A program made the position numbers and the translations under genes. 64,000 bases of DNA from Daejeonella sp. Its GTDB lineage: Bacteria > Bacteroidota > Bacteroidia > Sphingobacteriales > Sphingobacteriaceae. The stretch is taken from positions 12,521-76,520 of the forward strand of contig DASQIU010000045.1 of assembly GCA_035631395.1 (NCBI GenBank), in the 5' to 3' direction. This document shows, piece after piece, positions 20,416 through 29,968 of this stretch (its first letter is position 1; each line of letters begins with the position of its first letter). A model generated the notes under the pieces. The model was given only the letters and a program-made list of their open reading frames with translations. It ran no database searches and had not been told where the DNA came from.

Positions 20416-20697
20416 TTAAGTTCTTTTTACAAACTTGTGAAAGGTGCTTATATCGCCATCTTTCGTTTTCTCTTGATAAATCAAATCCAGATTATTTTCT
20501 TCAAATTTTTGAAAGAAATCATCCCACTCTATTTCCTCCAAATCATCATTATGAGTGCTGTGCTGAGGAAAATGGATACGCAGAATACCTTCATCTGTAT
20601 TACTGCCCGTTCCTTTTACTTTAGCCGGCACTGCCTTGCGGGAATTTGCCCACTCTTTAATTTGTTGATGATCGTGGGTTTGATAGGTCTGGTTCAT
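20416..20697 (-). CDS. hypothetical acidic 93-aa protein
   Basis: Hydrophilic, non-repetitive sequence (…ILRIHFPQHSTHNDDLEEIEWDDFFQKFEENNLDLIYQEKTKDGDISTFHKFV). The overlapping plus-strand ORF 20386-20856 looks like low-complexity shadow sequence. Confidence 0.5.
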   Translation of the reverse strand: MNQTYQTHDHQQIKEWANSRKAVPAKVKGTGSNTDEGILRIHFPQHSTHNDDLEEIEWDDFFQKFEENNLDLIYQEKTKDGDISTFHKFVKRT

Positions 20698-20852
20698 AAA
20701 TCAAGCTTTTTAAATACAATAACTACCCGAATGGTAATTTGTTTAGAGGATTACAAAGGCATTGAAAATGAAGTATCTGAATGGGGTTTTGAAAAAATAC
20801 CAGCAATTTGTTTAGTTTTGTCTGATAGGTTATCAAATTTTATTCTTTTACA

Positions 20853-22067
20853 TTGACATTTAGCGATTTCAACTTTGACCCTCAACTTTTTGAAGGTGTA
20901 CAAAGTATGGGTTATAAACAGCCCACACCAATACAGCAACAAGCTATTCCTCTTATCCTTAAAAACAAAGACCTTGTTGCCTGTGCTCAAACCGGTACCG
21001 GGAAAACAGCTTCTTACTTGTTGCCTCTGCTTCAGCACATTTGTGTTACTGAAAAGAGACATACACAAGCCCTTATTTTGGCGCCTACCCGAGAGCTGGC
21101 TCAGCAAATTGACCAGCAGGTGGAAGGCCTGGCTTATTTTGCCGGAATAAGCTCTATTGCAGTATATGGGGGTGGCGATGGAATCATATATGAACAGCAA
21201 CGCCGGGCCATGATAGATGGGGTGGATATTATTATTGCCACTCCGGGCCGTTTAATAGCCCATTTGGCTTCCAAGGCAATTAAATTAGAGCATTTGCGCT
21301 ACCTGGTTTTGGATGAAGCCGACAGGATGCTGGACATGGGTTTTTATGAAGATATATTGAAAATCATCAGTCACCTTCCGGAAAAGCGGCAAACCATGCT
21401 TTTTTCGGCAACCATGCCGCCTAAAATCAGAACGCTGGCTAATACCATTTTAAAAGATCCGGAGCAGATCAATATTGCCATTTCACAACCCGCTGCTGGC
21501 ATTTTACAGCAGGTGTATATGACTTATGATCATCAGAAACTAAAACTTATTTCCGGTTTGCTTAAAAATGGGGATTTTCCCAGCGCCATTGTTTTTGCCT
21601 CCCGCAAGGAAACGGTAAAAGATTTGAATAAAACGCTGAAGAAAGAAGGGATCCGGGTAGAGGCGTTCCATTCTGATTTAGAGCAGGAGCAAAGAGAGGA
21701 TATTCTTAGATCATTTAAAGCCAGACAGTTACCTGTAATTATTGGAACTGATGTTTTAAGTAGAGGGATTGATGTAGAGGGAATCAGTCTGGTTATCAAT
21801 TTTGATGTGCCGCCAGATCCGGAAGATTATATTCACCGCATTGGCCGTACCGCCAGAGCCGACACCACAGGTACGGCTATTACTTTTGTAAATGAGCGAG
21901 ACCAGCGTAAGTTTTCATTCATCGAAAACTTGATAGGCCGGGAAATTGACCGTGTTTCTTTACCGGAAGAACTGGGCGAAGGCCCCGTTTATCAGCCTGA
22001 GCAAAAACGCAGCAGTGGCTTTAAGCGAAATAAAAAGAAGAATTGGGGTAAGAAAAAAGCGGTTTAG
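20853..22067 (+). CDS. DEAD-box ATP-dependent RNA helicase (RhlE-like)
   Basis: Q-motif, AQTGTGKT, DEAD (VLDEADRMLDMGF), SAT, HRIGRTAR and a basic C-terminal tail. Uses a TTG start as in the track. Confidence 0.9.
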   Translation: MTFSDFNFDPQLFEGVQSMGYKQPTPIQQQAIPLILKNKDLVACAQTGTGKTASYLLPLLQHICVTEKRHTQALILAPTRELAQQIDQQVEGLAYFAGISSIAVYGGGDGIIYEQQRRAMIDGVDIIIATPGRLIAHLASKAIKLEHLRYLVLDEADRMLDMGFYEDILKIISHLPEKRQTMLFSATMPPKIRTLANTILKDPEQINIAISQPAAGILQQVYMTYDHQKLKLISGLLKNGDFPSAIVFASRKETVKDLNKTLKKEGIRVEAFHSDLEQEQREDILRSFKARQLPVIIGTDVLSRGIDVEGISLVINFDVPPDPEDYIHRIGRTARADTTGTAITFVNERDQRKFSFIENLIGREIDRVSLPEELGEGPVYQPEQKRSSGFKRNKKKNWGKKKAV

Positions 22068-22080
22068 GTAGAAGTTTAGG

Positions 22081-22160
22081 GTTTAGAGGTTAGAGTTTAG
22101 TTGGGATCTTAGTTTAGAGTTTAGGCTCATGACCTAAACCCTAAACTCTAACCTCTAAAC
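22081..22160. repeat. TTTAGGG-like inverted repeat (long hairpin)
   Basis: gtttagaggttagagtttag (22081-22100) is the perfect reverse complement of ctaaactctaacctctaaac (22141-22160). A nested gtttagg/cctaaac pair lies inside. Confidence 0.75.
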
Positions 22161-22186
22161 TTTTAATCAAGATTTGAATTATAAGC

Positions 22187-23062
22187 ATGGTAACTCTTGA
22201 AAATGATTATTTAAGAATCGGGATAAATTATAAAGGTGCTGAATTAAATTCCCTATATCATAAAATTACCGGCGTGGAACATCTCTGGCAAGCCGATCCG
22301 ACTGTTTGGGCTTGGCATGCACCTAATCTTTTTCCGGTAGTTGGCGGATGCATCAAAAATGAAATATGGGTTGATGGAAAAGTCTATCCGATGGAGCGCC
22401 ACGGATTTGCCCGACACTCTGTATTTAGTTTGATTGAAGCGAGTGATACGAAGGCTAAATTCTCTCTGAGCCATTCCGAAAAAACCTTAGCGGTTTACCC
22501 TTTCAGGTTCTCTTTTCAGGTAATTTATGAGCTTTTGGGCCCGGAGTTGAAAATCACTTATAAGGTAATTAATTACGATGACAAGCCTGTTTGGTTTTCG
22601 GTAGGAGCACATCCGGCATTTAATATTCCTTTTTCTAATTCTAAGGAAGATGTTTTAGAGGATTATTATCTGGAATTTGATTCTCAGGAACCTTTAGAAA
22701 AGCATCTGCTGTCTGATAATGGTTTTTTTACCGGAGAAACGGAGTCGGTTTTAAGCAACTCCAATATTTTGCCGTTACGAAAAGAGCTTTTTGCGCAGGA
22801 TGCTTTGGTGTTTAAAAATATAAACTCCCGTGAGGTAAGTATTAAAAGCCGGAAACATCCAAATAGTGTATCTGTTCAGTTTCAGCAATTTAATTATCTG
22901 GGTATCTGGGCTAAAAAGAAGGTTACTTTTCTGTGTATTGAGCCCTGGTTAGGCTGCGCCGATTCTGAAAACAAACCCGTGGATTTAAAGGATAAGGAAG
23001 CCATTCAAAAAGTGGAACCAGGGCATGTTTTTGAAGCGGATTATAGAATCTTGATTTCTTAA
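22187..23062 (+). CDS. aldose 1-epimerase family protein
   Basis: 291 aa. LWQADPTVWAWHAPNLFPVVG, HGFAR, VGAHPAF and EPW are typical of galactose-mutarotase-like proteins. Confidence 0.8.
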   Translation: MVTLENDYLRIGINYKGAELNSLYHKITGVEHLWQADPTVWAWHAPNLFPVVGGCIKNEIWVDGKVYPMERHGFARHSVFSLIEASDTKAKFSLSHSEKTLAVYPFRFSFQVIYELLGPELKITYKVINYDDKPVWFSVGAHPAFNIPFSNSKEDVLEDYYLEFDSQEPLEKHLLSDNGFFTGETESVLSNSNILPLRKELFAQDALVFKNINSREVSIKSRKHPNSVSVQFQQFNYLGIWAKKKVTFLCIEPWLGCADSENKPVDLKDKEAIQKVEPGHVFEADYRILIS

Positions 23063-23070
23063 AGAGCTGG

Positions 23071-23155
23071 GATTAGAGGTTAGGGTGTAGGTGTTTATTT
23101 GTTTATCGGGAAGAGAATCTATGCAGCCTCTTGTCCTAAACTCTAACCCCTAAAC
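23071..23155. repeat. second TTTAGGG-like imperfect inverted repeat
   Basis: gattagaggttagggtgtagg (23071-23091) pairs with cctaaactctaacccctaaac (23135-23155), about 17 of 21 complementary. It uses the same word family as 22081-22160. Confidence 0.55.
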
Positions 23156-23163
23156 TGTTTCCT

Positions 23164-23850
23164 TTATTTTAGAGTCATGCTTACCAGAAATTGGTCCATA
23201 TCGTCTTCATAAATCAGTTCCAGTTCCCAGCCTTCTTCGGCAGCTACCTGTTTAAGCAATTGATTGTCGACATAAAGCCAGTTAAACCAATCTCCTTTTT
23301 CGCCGGCATATTCGTATTGATAAGCAATTTGCCCATAATATTTGTCGGTTGGGAGGGTTTCGCCAAAATAGAGATAAGAGATATCTGAAGAGTCGAATAT
23401 CAACTTACCTTCGGGATTGAGCAGGGTTTTAACATGTTGTAGAAAATACCGCAAGCCGCTAATGCTTTCGCTCAAGCCAATGCCATTCATGAGCAGGAGC
23501 AGGGTGTCGAATTTTTCATCCCGGAAGGTGAAAATATCCTGATTAATGATCTTTTTAACTCCCCGGAGTTTCATGATCTGGCAGGCCGTGGTGGAAATTT
23601 CCAGGGCCGTAACATCCAATCCTTTTTCCTGGAGAATGAGGGCATGGCTTCCAACTCCTGCACCAATATCCAGTATTTTTCCGCTGCACTGACTTAGGGC
23701 AATCAGTTCCAGATCGGGCATTTCATGGATGCCTCTGAAGAAAACATCTACCGGCATTTCTTCTACCTGGCCATAGCTATTATGGAGCCACAAGGTACTC
23801 TCTGATTGATGCTGATAATAGTTTATTAAAGCTTTTCCAAATACGTCCAC
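23164..23850 (-). CDS. class I SAM-dependent methyltransferase
   Basis: 228 aa. Motif I ILDIGAGVGSHAL; post-I acidic residue; LLLLMNG. Confidence 0.8.
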   Translation of the reverse strand: MDVFGKALINYYQHQSESTLWLHNSYGQVEEMPVDVFFRGIHEMPDLELIALSQCSGKILDIGAGVGSHALILQEKGLDVTALEISTTACQIMKLRGVKKIINQDIFTFRDEKFDTLLLLMNGIGLSESISGLRYFLQHVKTLLNPEGKLIFDSSDISYLYFGETLPTDKYYGQIAYQYEYAGEKGDWFNWLYVDNQLLKQVAAEEGWELELIYEDDMDQFLVSMTLK

Positions 23851-23875
23851 ACTTTATCTTTTATCGGGGTATAAA

Positions 23876-26170
23876 TTAATTATGCCTGGAACTCATGTAA
23901 AAAACCAACTTTCCACCATTCATAATATCAGAATGAGTTAAATAGTTTCGTTTAAATGGTTGTCCATTTAATTCCATTTTGGCAATATAAACATTTTTAT
24001 CGCTCTGGTTTTTGGCTTCAATGCTAAAGGTTTTTCCGTTTTCCAGGTTGATGGTGGCGGCTTTTACCGAAGGACTTCCCAGTATATATTGGTCAGAGCC
24101 GGGGGCTACCGGATAAAATCCCAGGGCGCTGAAAATATACCAGGCGCTCATTTGGCCGCAATCGTCATTGCCGCCCAAACCATCAGGGGTGGGCTGATAC
24201 ATCTTTTTCAGGATCATGCGTACCCGTTCCTGCGTTTTCCAGGGTTTTCCACTAAAGTTATACAGATAGGCCGCATGGTGTGAGGGTTCATTGCCATGTA
24301 CATAATTGCCAATAATCCCCTCCCGGGTAATATCTTCTGTTTCGGCAAAGAATTCATCGGGTAAGTGCATGGTAAAAAGCGAATCCAAATGCGAGTTAAA
24401 GCGCTTGGGGCCACCCATTAAGCGAATCATTTCTTCGGGCTCATGTGGTACATATAAGCTATAATTCCAGGCATTCCCTTCAATAAAGCCCTGATCGTGA
24501 GTTTGTAGTACGTCGAAATTTTTACGGAACTGACCATCACTCAGCTTAGGGCGCATATATCCGATACTGGAATCGTAAACGTTTCTCCAGTTTTTAGATC
24601 GATTTAAAAATTCCTGATAAATATCTGTTCGGTTTAACTTTTTGGCTATTTGGGCAATACACCAGTCGTCGTAAGCATATTCCAGAGTTTTAGAAACCGA
24701 AGAGCTGTTTTTGTCCTCGGGTACATAACCCAAGTTCATGTAATATTCCAGTCCGTCGTATTTTTTATAGCGGGCCGTAGCTACGCAGGCATCCAAAGCT
24801 CTATTGGCATCGCCGGTATAAGTACCTTTAATAATGGCATCAGCTATGACCGATACGCTGTGATAGCCAATCATACACCAGTTTTCATTAGCATAATGCG
24901 ACCAAACCGGCAACATTTTATGCACACTCTGGTCATAATGGGCCAGCATGGATTCTACCATGTCGGCATTGCGTTTGGGTTGCAAAATATTAAACAGCGG
25001 GTGCAGGGCCCGGTAGGTATCCCATAGGGAAAAAGTGGTATAATTGGTAAAATTAGATGCTTTATGGTTTTCCTGATCCAAACCGCGGTAAGAACCGTCT
25101 ATATCCATGTAAGTGCTGGGGCTTAAAAAGCTGTGATACATAGAGGTATAGAAATTCACTTTCTCATCATTATTGAGAGTTTGCACCTGCACTTTATTCA
25201 GCTCATTGTTCCAAAGTTGTTGGCCTTCGGTTTTCACCCGGTCAAAATCCCAATGGGGGATCTCGGCTTGCATATTGGCCAGAGCATTCTGCTGGCTCAC
25301 CGGCGAGAGAGCAAATTTGATCTTGACCTTTTCTCCGGCCTCCGTCTTAAAATCGAAATACATTCTTAACTGCTTGCCGGCTACATCAGGGAAGTTTTTG
25401 CTCTGGTCAAATTTGCGCCTAAAACCTTTGGATACCTGGGTGGTTGCATAATCTTTGGTGCCATATTGATAAAACGGCTTAGAGAATGTCATGGCGAAAT
25501 AAACGGTTCGGGTACGTGCCCAGCCATTGGTTTGACGGTATCCGGTTATCAGGGTATCATTCACCACCCGAACAAAAGTCCACACGTTTTTATCCTCATA
25601 ATTATAAATGCCGGCCATCAAATCCAGGATAATATGGGCATCTTCCGCTTTTGGAAAAGTATATTGATGAAAACCAACCCGGTTGCTGGTGGTCATTTCG
25701 GCCAGAATGTTATGATCGTCCAGTTTCACTTTATAATAATTGGCCTCAGCCGTTTCATTCTGGTGCGAATAAGCCGAACGATAACCGTTTTCCGGCTTAT
25801 CGGCCGTACCCGGATTTAATTGCAGTTTTCCGGTGGTGGGCATGATCAGAAAATCGCCCAGGTCTGAATGGCCCGTACCACTAAAATGAGTATGACTAAA
25901 GCCGACAATAGTTTTATCATCGTACTGATAACCGGCGCAATATTTATAAACGTCCTTGTTGTATTTGCCATTGGTGGCGTATGGGATGGTATCTGTTTCC
26001 GGGCTCAATTGTACTGAACCAAAAGGAACCGTAGAACCCGGAAAGGTGTGTCCCATTTTTTGTGTACCGATGATTGGCTTTACATAGGGCAGAAGGTTTT
26101 CTTTGGTTTGGGCTAGTAGAGTAGAGCAGCTTAGTAATAATAGGAGAGCAGCAGGTATGATTCTTTTCAT
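23876..26170 (-). CDS. GH92-family alpha-mannosidase
   Basis: 764 aa with signal peptide. GFSHTHFSGTG, GNEPSHHAAYLYNF and GGNDDCGQMSAWYIFSALGFYPV are GH92 hallmarks. Confidence 0.9.
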   Translation of the reverse strand: MKRIIPAALLLLLSCSTLLAQTKENLLPYVKPIIGTQKMGHTFPGSTVPFGSVQLSPETDTIPYATNGKYNKDVYKYCAGYQYDDKTIVGFSHTHFSGTGHSDLGDFLIMPTTGKLQLNPGTADKPENGYRSAYSHQNETAEANYYKVKLDDHNILAEMTTSNRVGFHQYTFPKAEDAHIILDLMAGIYNYEDKNVWTFVRVVNDTLITGYRQTNGWARTRTVYFAMTFSKPFYQYGTKDYATTQVSKGFRRKFDQSKNFPDVAGKQLRMYFDFKTEAGEKVKIKFALSPVSQQNALANMQAEIPHWDFDRVKTEGQQLWNNELNKVQVQTLNNDEKVNFYTSMYHSFLSPSTYMDIDGSYRGLDQENHKASNFTNYTTFSLWDTYRALHPLFNILQPKRNADMVESMLAHYDQSVHKMLPVWSHYANENWCMIGYHSVSVIADAIIKGTYTGDANRALDACVATARYKKYDGLEYYMNLGYVPEDKNSSSVSKTLEYAYDDWCIAQIAKKLNRTDIYQEFLNRSKNWRNVYDSSIGYMRPKLSDGQFRKNFDVLQTHDQGFIEGNAWNYSLYVPHEPEEMIRLMGGPKRFNSHLDSLFTMHLPDEFFAETEDITREGIIGNYVHGNEPSHHAAYLYNFSGKPWKTQERVRMILKKMYQPTPDGLGGNDDCGQMSAWYIFSALGFYPVAPGSDQYILGSPSVKAATINLENGKTFSIEAKNQSDKNVYIAKMELNGQPFKRNYLTHSDIMNGGKLVFYMSSRHN

Positions 26171-26376
26171 ATACAGGGCTTGATGTCTAAATATAGCAGT
26201 TTATTGTCAGCGAGCTTAAAGGTGGCTTATTAAGGCGAGAATTTTTTAACATGTTGATAAACTGTTTTTTGTTGACAATTTTTTTGGACTTTTTTGTAAC
26301 CTTCTTGCTATTATTACGAAAGCATTAATGTATGTCCTCCATCTGCCGATAAAGGCATACAATTTATTTGAGAAAT

Positions 26377-26724
26377 ATGCATTTTGGAAAAATAGTAAAG
26401 AACGTAGCTTATTCTGCCGGTTTATCGGCTCAGGAATTCTCAACAATGATGGGAATGAGTGAGCTAGCGCTTTTAAATTTATACGAACAAAAAGATTGGA
26501 CTTCCAGCAATATCAAATCTGCTTCCATTGCTCTTGAACACGATTTTGGAAAATATTTTAATAATGGCTTCCAATTTGATTTTATGCCCGGTTCAGAGCT
26601 TTCTGAGCACCGCGAGTTTAATTTAACTATTCGATATCCCCGGGGTAAGGAGTTTTTGCTAAAAACCTGGCTGGAAAAAATGGCGCTTATTGCCAAAGCC
26701 ATTGGCTTGGAAATGCGAAAATAA
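26377..26724 (+). CDS. hypothetical protein with a possible N-terminal HTH
   Basis: MHFGKIVKNVAYSAGLSAQEFSTMMGMSELALLNLYEQK resembles an XRE-like helix-turn-helix. I recognise nothing else. Confidence 0.4.
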   Translation: MHFGKIVKNVAYSAGLSAQEFSTMMGMSELALLNLYEQKDWTSSNIKSASIALEHDFGKYFNNGFQFDFMPGSELSEHREFNLTIRYPRGKEFLLKTWLEKMALIAKAIGLEMRK

Positions 26725-26760
26725 GTACATACTATTTTTTTGAATTTGCACGCAAAGGCT

Positions 26761-26850
26761 TATAAACACTAATTTCGCGAATTAGACGAATTCCTACGTA
26801 AGCTTAGTTGCCCGTCACTAACGATAGGCGGCGGACCAACATCGAAAACG
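26761..26850 (-). repeat. dispersed intergenic repeat, inverted partial copy D
   Basis: The reverse complement reads ggaattcgtctaattcgcgaaattagtgtttataa, matching the 3' module of the copies at 13127-13262 and 16255-16424. Confidence 0.55.
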
Positions 26851-26899
26851 GTTAAGCCTCGCCCCAATTAACAAATCACCAAATAAACATATCAACATC

Positions 26900-27328
26900 A
26901 TGTTTGCCAATAAGAAATACCTGCTCATTGCTATTATAATAGCAGCTCTGGTTTGGATGTTGGTTGATGCTTTGCGTCAGCCCGGAACGGAAGCTCTGAA
27001 AGGTAATTTCGAGCAGAAAGCTTATATCAGAAATGAGCAAAACACTGGTCCGGTGGTCCGGATATATGCTGTAAGCGTGCAAGATACGCTCTGGAAGGAA
27101 ATGGAACTGTACGGAAGTTATATGCCACATACCAAATATGGCACTACCCGCGTTTACTTTTTCCAATCAGGTAAACCGGTTCCGGATAAACTATCTCTGG
27201 AAGCGGAAAACATCCCGGAGGAGTTTCAATCTAATTGCATAGGCTTGTACGAAAAAGACGAAATGAGCCAGTATTATCTAACCAAATTCCCTTTCGATAG
27301 ATTAAATTCTTCCAATTTTGCGGATTAG
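26900..27328 (+). CDS. hypothetical membrane-anchored protein
   Basis: 142 aa. Single N-terminal TM helix (YLLIAIIIAALVWMLV) followed by a soluble domain. No motif recognised. Confidence 0.5.
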   Translation: MFANKKYLLIAIIIAALVWMLVDALRQPGTEALKGNFEQKAYIRNEQNTGPVVRIYAVSVQDTLWKEMELYGSYMPHTKYGTTRVYFFQSGKPVPDKLSLEAENIPEEFQSNCIGLYEKDEMSQYYLTKFPFDRLNSSNFAD

Positions 27329-27351
27329 TGCAAATCTAAAGCGATAGATGA

Positions 27352-27406
27352 GCAACGAAATCGGACACGAATTTTAAACGATGGACGAAAGACGGAAAAC
27401 GAAATA
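27352..27406 (-). repeat. dispersed intergenic repeat, inverted partial copy E (5' module)
   Basis: The reverse complement reads tttcgttttccgtctttcgtccatcg. It shares ccgtctttcgtcc with 7485-7497. Confidence 0.55.
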
Positions 27407-27448
27407 GATCATTAAAAGTGATAGATTTGACGCTTTAAATCTCAAAAA

Positions 27449-27856
27449 ATGAAGTCTAAATTTCTGCTATTTTTCATGCTTTCAGTCTTTCTTTTTGGAT
27501 GCCAGGGTTCCATTAAACCGGAGAAATTATATGGCGATTGGAAATATGTGAAAGTAGAGAATTTGGATAAAAATCAGGAGGAGGATAATATTTCTGATGC
27601 TGAGTTAGCCGAACAAAATCCTTCCATTCATTTTTCGCCGGATAAAAAATTGCAGATTATTTGGGGTGGAAAAGTGCTTTCCGAAGGAACTTTCAGGCTG
27701 GAAGGAAACATGATTCGTTATAAAGAAAATTTACCCGGTGGCACCACCAGGGAATTTCCCTTTCTGGTAAAAAAATTGGATGATAAGGAATTGGTATTTG
27801 AAACCATGTCCCGGCAGGGAACCAGGGTAACGGCGAAAAGAGCTGTTAGCCTTTAG
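27449..27856 (+). CDS. small lipoprotein (lipocalin-like)
   Basis: 135 aa. Lipobox LFGC at the end of the signal peptide. YGDWKYV and LVFE are typical of lipocalin-like DUF proteins. Confidence 0.6.
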   Translation: MKSKFLLFFMLSVFLFGCQGSIKPEKLYGDWKYVKVENLDKNQEEDNISDAELAEQNPSIHFSPDKKLQIIWGGKVLSEGTFRLEGNMIRYKENLPGGTTREFPFLVKKLDDKELVFETMSRQGTRVTAKRAVSL

Positions 27857-27914
27857 CTAATGAACTGCGATGCTAAGCCGGAGTGTATTTTGTAAATACT
27901 ATAAAGACATTAAA

Positions 27915-27948
27915 AAATAAAACCCGCTTTTGGCGGGTTTTATTTTTT
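27915..27948. terminator. bidirectional terminator between the lipoprotein gene and htpG
   Basis: The aacccgc/gcgggtt stem is flanked by an A-run and a T-run. Confidence 0.7.
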
Positions 27949-27972
27949 AGCAGCTAAAGGCTATTTGCTATT

Positions 27973-29856
27973 TTAAATCAGCTTCACGCTTCGGTTTACA
28001 AACTCGGTTAATTCAGAACCGGTAAGCATTCCTTGCGATAATAAAGCCAGATCAAAGGTCTGACGAGCTAACTGGGTTTGTTCTTCTTCATTCTCCGTTT
28101 GTAGAATACGGCTAATGATTTTATGATTACCATTAACAGCAACTTTGTAGCTGTCTGGCATAGAGCCATAAAAACTCATTCCGCCTCCCATTTGCGACAT
28201 GTCTTTCATCCTCCGCATAAATTCATCCATAGTCACAATTACCGGTAATTCTTCCGGATTAAGGCTTTCTACCTCTACCTGCATATTGGGCTTGGTAATG
28301 GCTTTTTCAAAAATGCTTTTTACTTTAGTTGTTTGCTCTTCGGTTAGTACATGCGCCGGAGTATCGTCTTTTTTGATCAGCTTATCAATTACATCGGCAT
28401 CAACCCTTTTTAAAGCGGTTTTCTCTAATTTTTGCTCTAATTGGCTGATAAAATGCGTGTCAATTGGCGAATTCATCACCAATACATCGTAATCCTTTTT
28501 ATTGGCCGACTGGATGAATGCATCTTGTTTTTGAGGATCAGTAGTGTAAAGATAAACTGTGGTGCCATCTTTATCGGTTTGCAGGACTTTGGTTTTCTCT
28601 TTGTATTCTTCCAGCGTAAAATTCTCTGATTTTGTATTACTCAATAGGGCAAAATCCTTGGCTTTTTCATAGAATTTCTCTTCGCTGATCATACCATATT
28701 TCACAAACAGGCCAATATCAGACCATTTCTCTTCATAGGCTTTACGATCGGATTTAAATAATTCGGCCAGTTTGTCTGCTACTTTTTTGGTGATGTAATT
28801 GTTGATCTTTTTCACATGGCTGTCGGCCTGTAAGAAGCTTCTGGAAACGTTCAGCGGAATATCCGGAGAATCGATCACCCCATGTAAGAGCATTAAAAAT
28901 TCCGGAACTACGTCTTTTACTTCGTCGGTAATAAATACCTGGCGTGAGAAAAGTTTGATCTTATTGCGTTGTACCTCAAAATCATTCTTCAGCTTAGGGA
29001 AATACAATACCCCGGTCAGATTGAATGGGTAATCCACATTTAAATGGATCCAAAATAAAGGCGCCTCAGAGAATGGATATAATTCCTGGTAGAAGGCCAG
29101 ATAATCCTCATCCTTTAATTCAGATGGAGATTTGGTCCAGATAGGAGCAGTGTTGTTGACAATATTATCAACTTCTACCGATTTATATTGAGGTTTCCCT
29201 TCTTTATCTTCTCCATCGGGCTGCTGTTCCGTGCGGGTACCAAATTTTATCGGTACGGGTAAGAATTTGCAGTATTTATCCAGAATACCCTGAAGTTTTT
29301 GCTGATTTAAAAATTCTTCAGATTCCTGATTGATATGCAGGATAATATCGGTACCTCTTTCGGTACGGTTACCAGCGGTTATTTCAAATTCCGTGCTGCC
29401 ATCGCATATCCAGCGAGCAGGTTCAGCGCCATCCTGGTAAGAAAGGGTTTGAATTTCTACCTGATCGGCCACCATGAAGGCGGAATAAAAGCCCATTCCG
29501 AATTTTCCGATGATCTCATTGGCATCTTTAGATTCTTTGAACTTCTCTACAAATTCTTCAGCCCCTGAGAAAGCGATCTGGTTGATGTATTTTTTGATCT
29601 CTTCAGCGGTCATTCCCAATCCCCGGTCGGAAATGGTTAGGGTTTTGGCCTTTTCATCAAAAGAAACCTCTACTTTTAAATCGCCCAATTCGCCTTTAAA
29701 CTGGCCAATAGAAGCCAGGCGTTTGATTTTCTGGCTGGCATCAACGGCATTAGAAACCAGTTCCCGCAAAAAGATCTCGTGGTCTGAATAAAGAAATTTT
29801 TTAATGATGGGGAATATGTTCTCGGTGTGAATTGAAATAGTTCCTTTTTCTTGCAT
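27973..29856 (-). CDS. htpG: molecular chaperone HtpG (Hsp90)
   Basis: 627 aa. The N-terminal GHKL ATPase motif EIFLRELVSNAVDA, then GKFGMGFYSAFMVA. Confidence 0.95.
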   Translation of the reverse strand: MQEKGTISIHTENIFPIIKKFLYSDHEIFLRELVSNAVDASQKIKRLASIGQFKGELGDLKVEVSFDEKAKTLTISDRGLGMTAEEIKKYINQIAFSGAEEFVEKFKESKDANEIIGKFGMGFYSAFMVADQVEIQTLSYQDGAEPARWICDGSTEFEITAGNRTERGTDIILHINQESEEFLNQQKLQGILDKYCKFLPVPIKFGTRTEQQPDGEDKEGKPQYKSVEVDNIVNNTAPIWTKSPSELKDEDYLAFYQELYPFSEAPLFWIHLNVDYPFNLTGVLYFPKLKNDFEVQRNKIKLFSRQVFITDEVKDVVPEFLMLLHGVIDSPDIPLNVSRSFLQADSHVKKINNYITKKVADKLAELFKSDRKAYEEKWSDIGLFVKYGMISEEKFYEKAKDFALLSNTKSENFTLEEYKEKTKVLQTDKDGTTVYLYTTDPQKQDAFIQSANKKDYDVLVMNSPIDTHFISQLEQKLEKTALKRVDADVIDKLIKKDDTPAHVLTEEQTTKVKSIFEKAITKPNMQVEVESLNPEELPVIVTMDEFMRRMKDMSQMGGGMSFYGSMPDSYKVAVNGNHKIISRILQTENEEEQTQLARQTFDLALLSQGMLTGSELTEFVNRSVKLI

Positions 29857-29968
29857 AATGTTTCAGAGTTTAGAATATTTTTCTTGCAGGGAAGCAAGAG
29901 CTATTCCAAACTCTGGAAAATGTCAACTTGACAGTCTGTTTAGATGTAATTCAGGTAGAGTAGGGCTT

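Noticed and set aside
22068-22170. Telomere or G-quadruplex function for the TTTAGGG-like words
   Set aside because: Only one or two exact TTTAGGG units are present, and there are too few GGG runs for a quadruplex. The arrangement is an inverted repeat inside a bacterial operon context, so a hairpin is the simpler reading.
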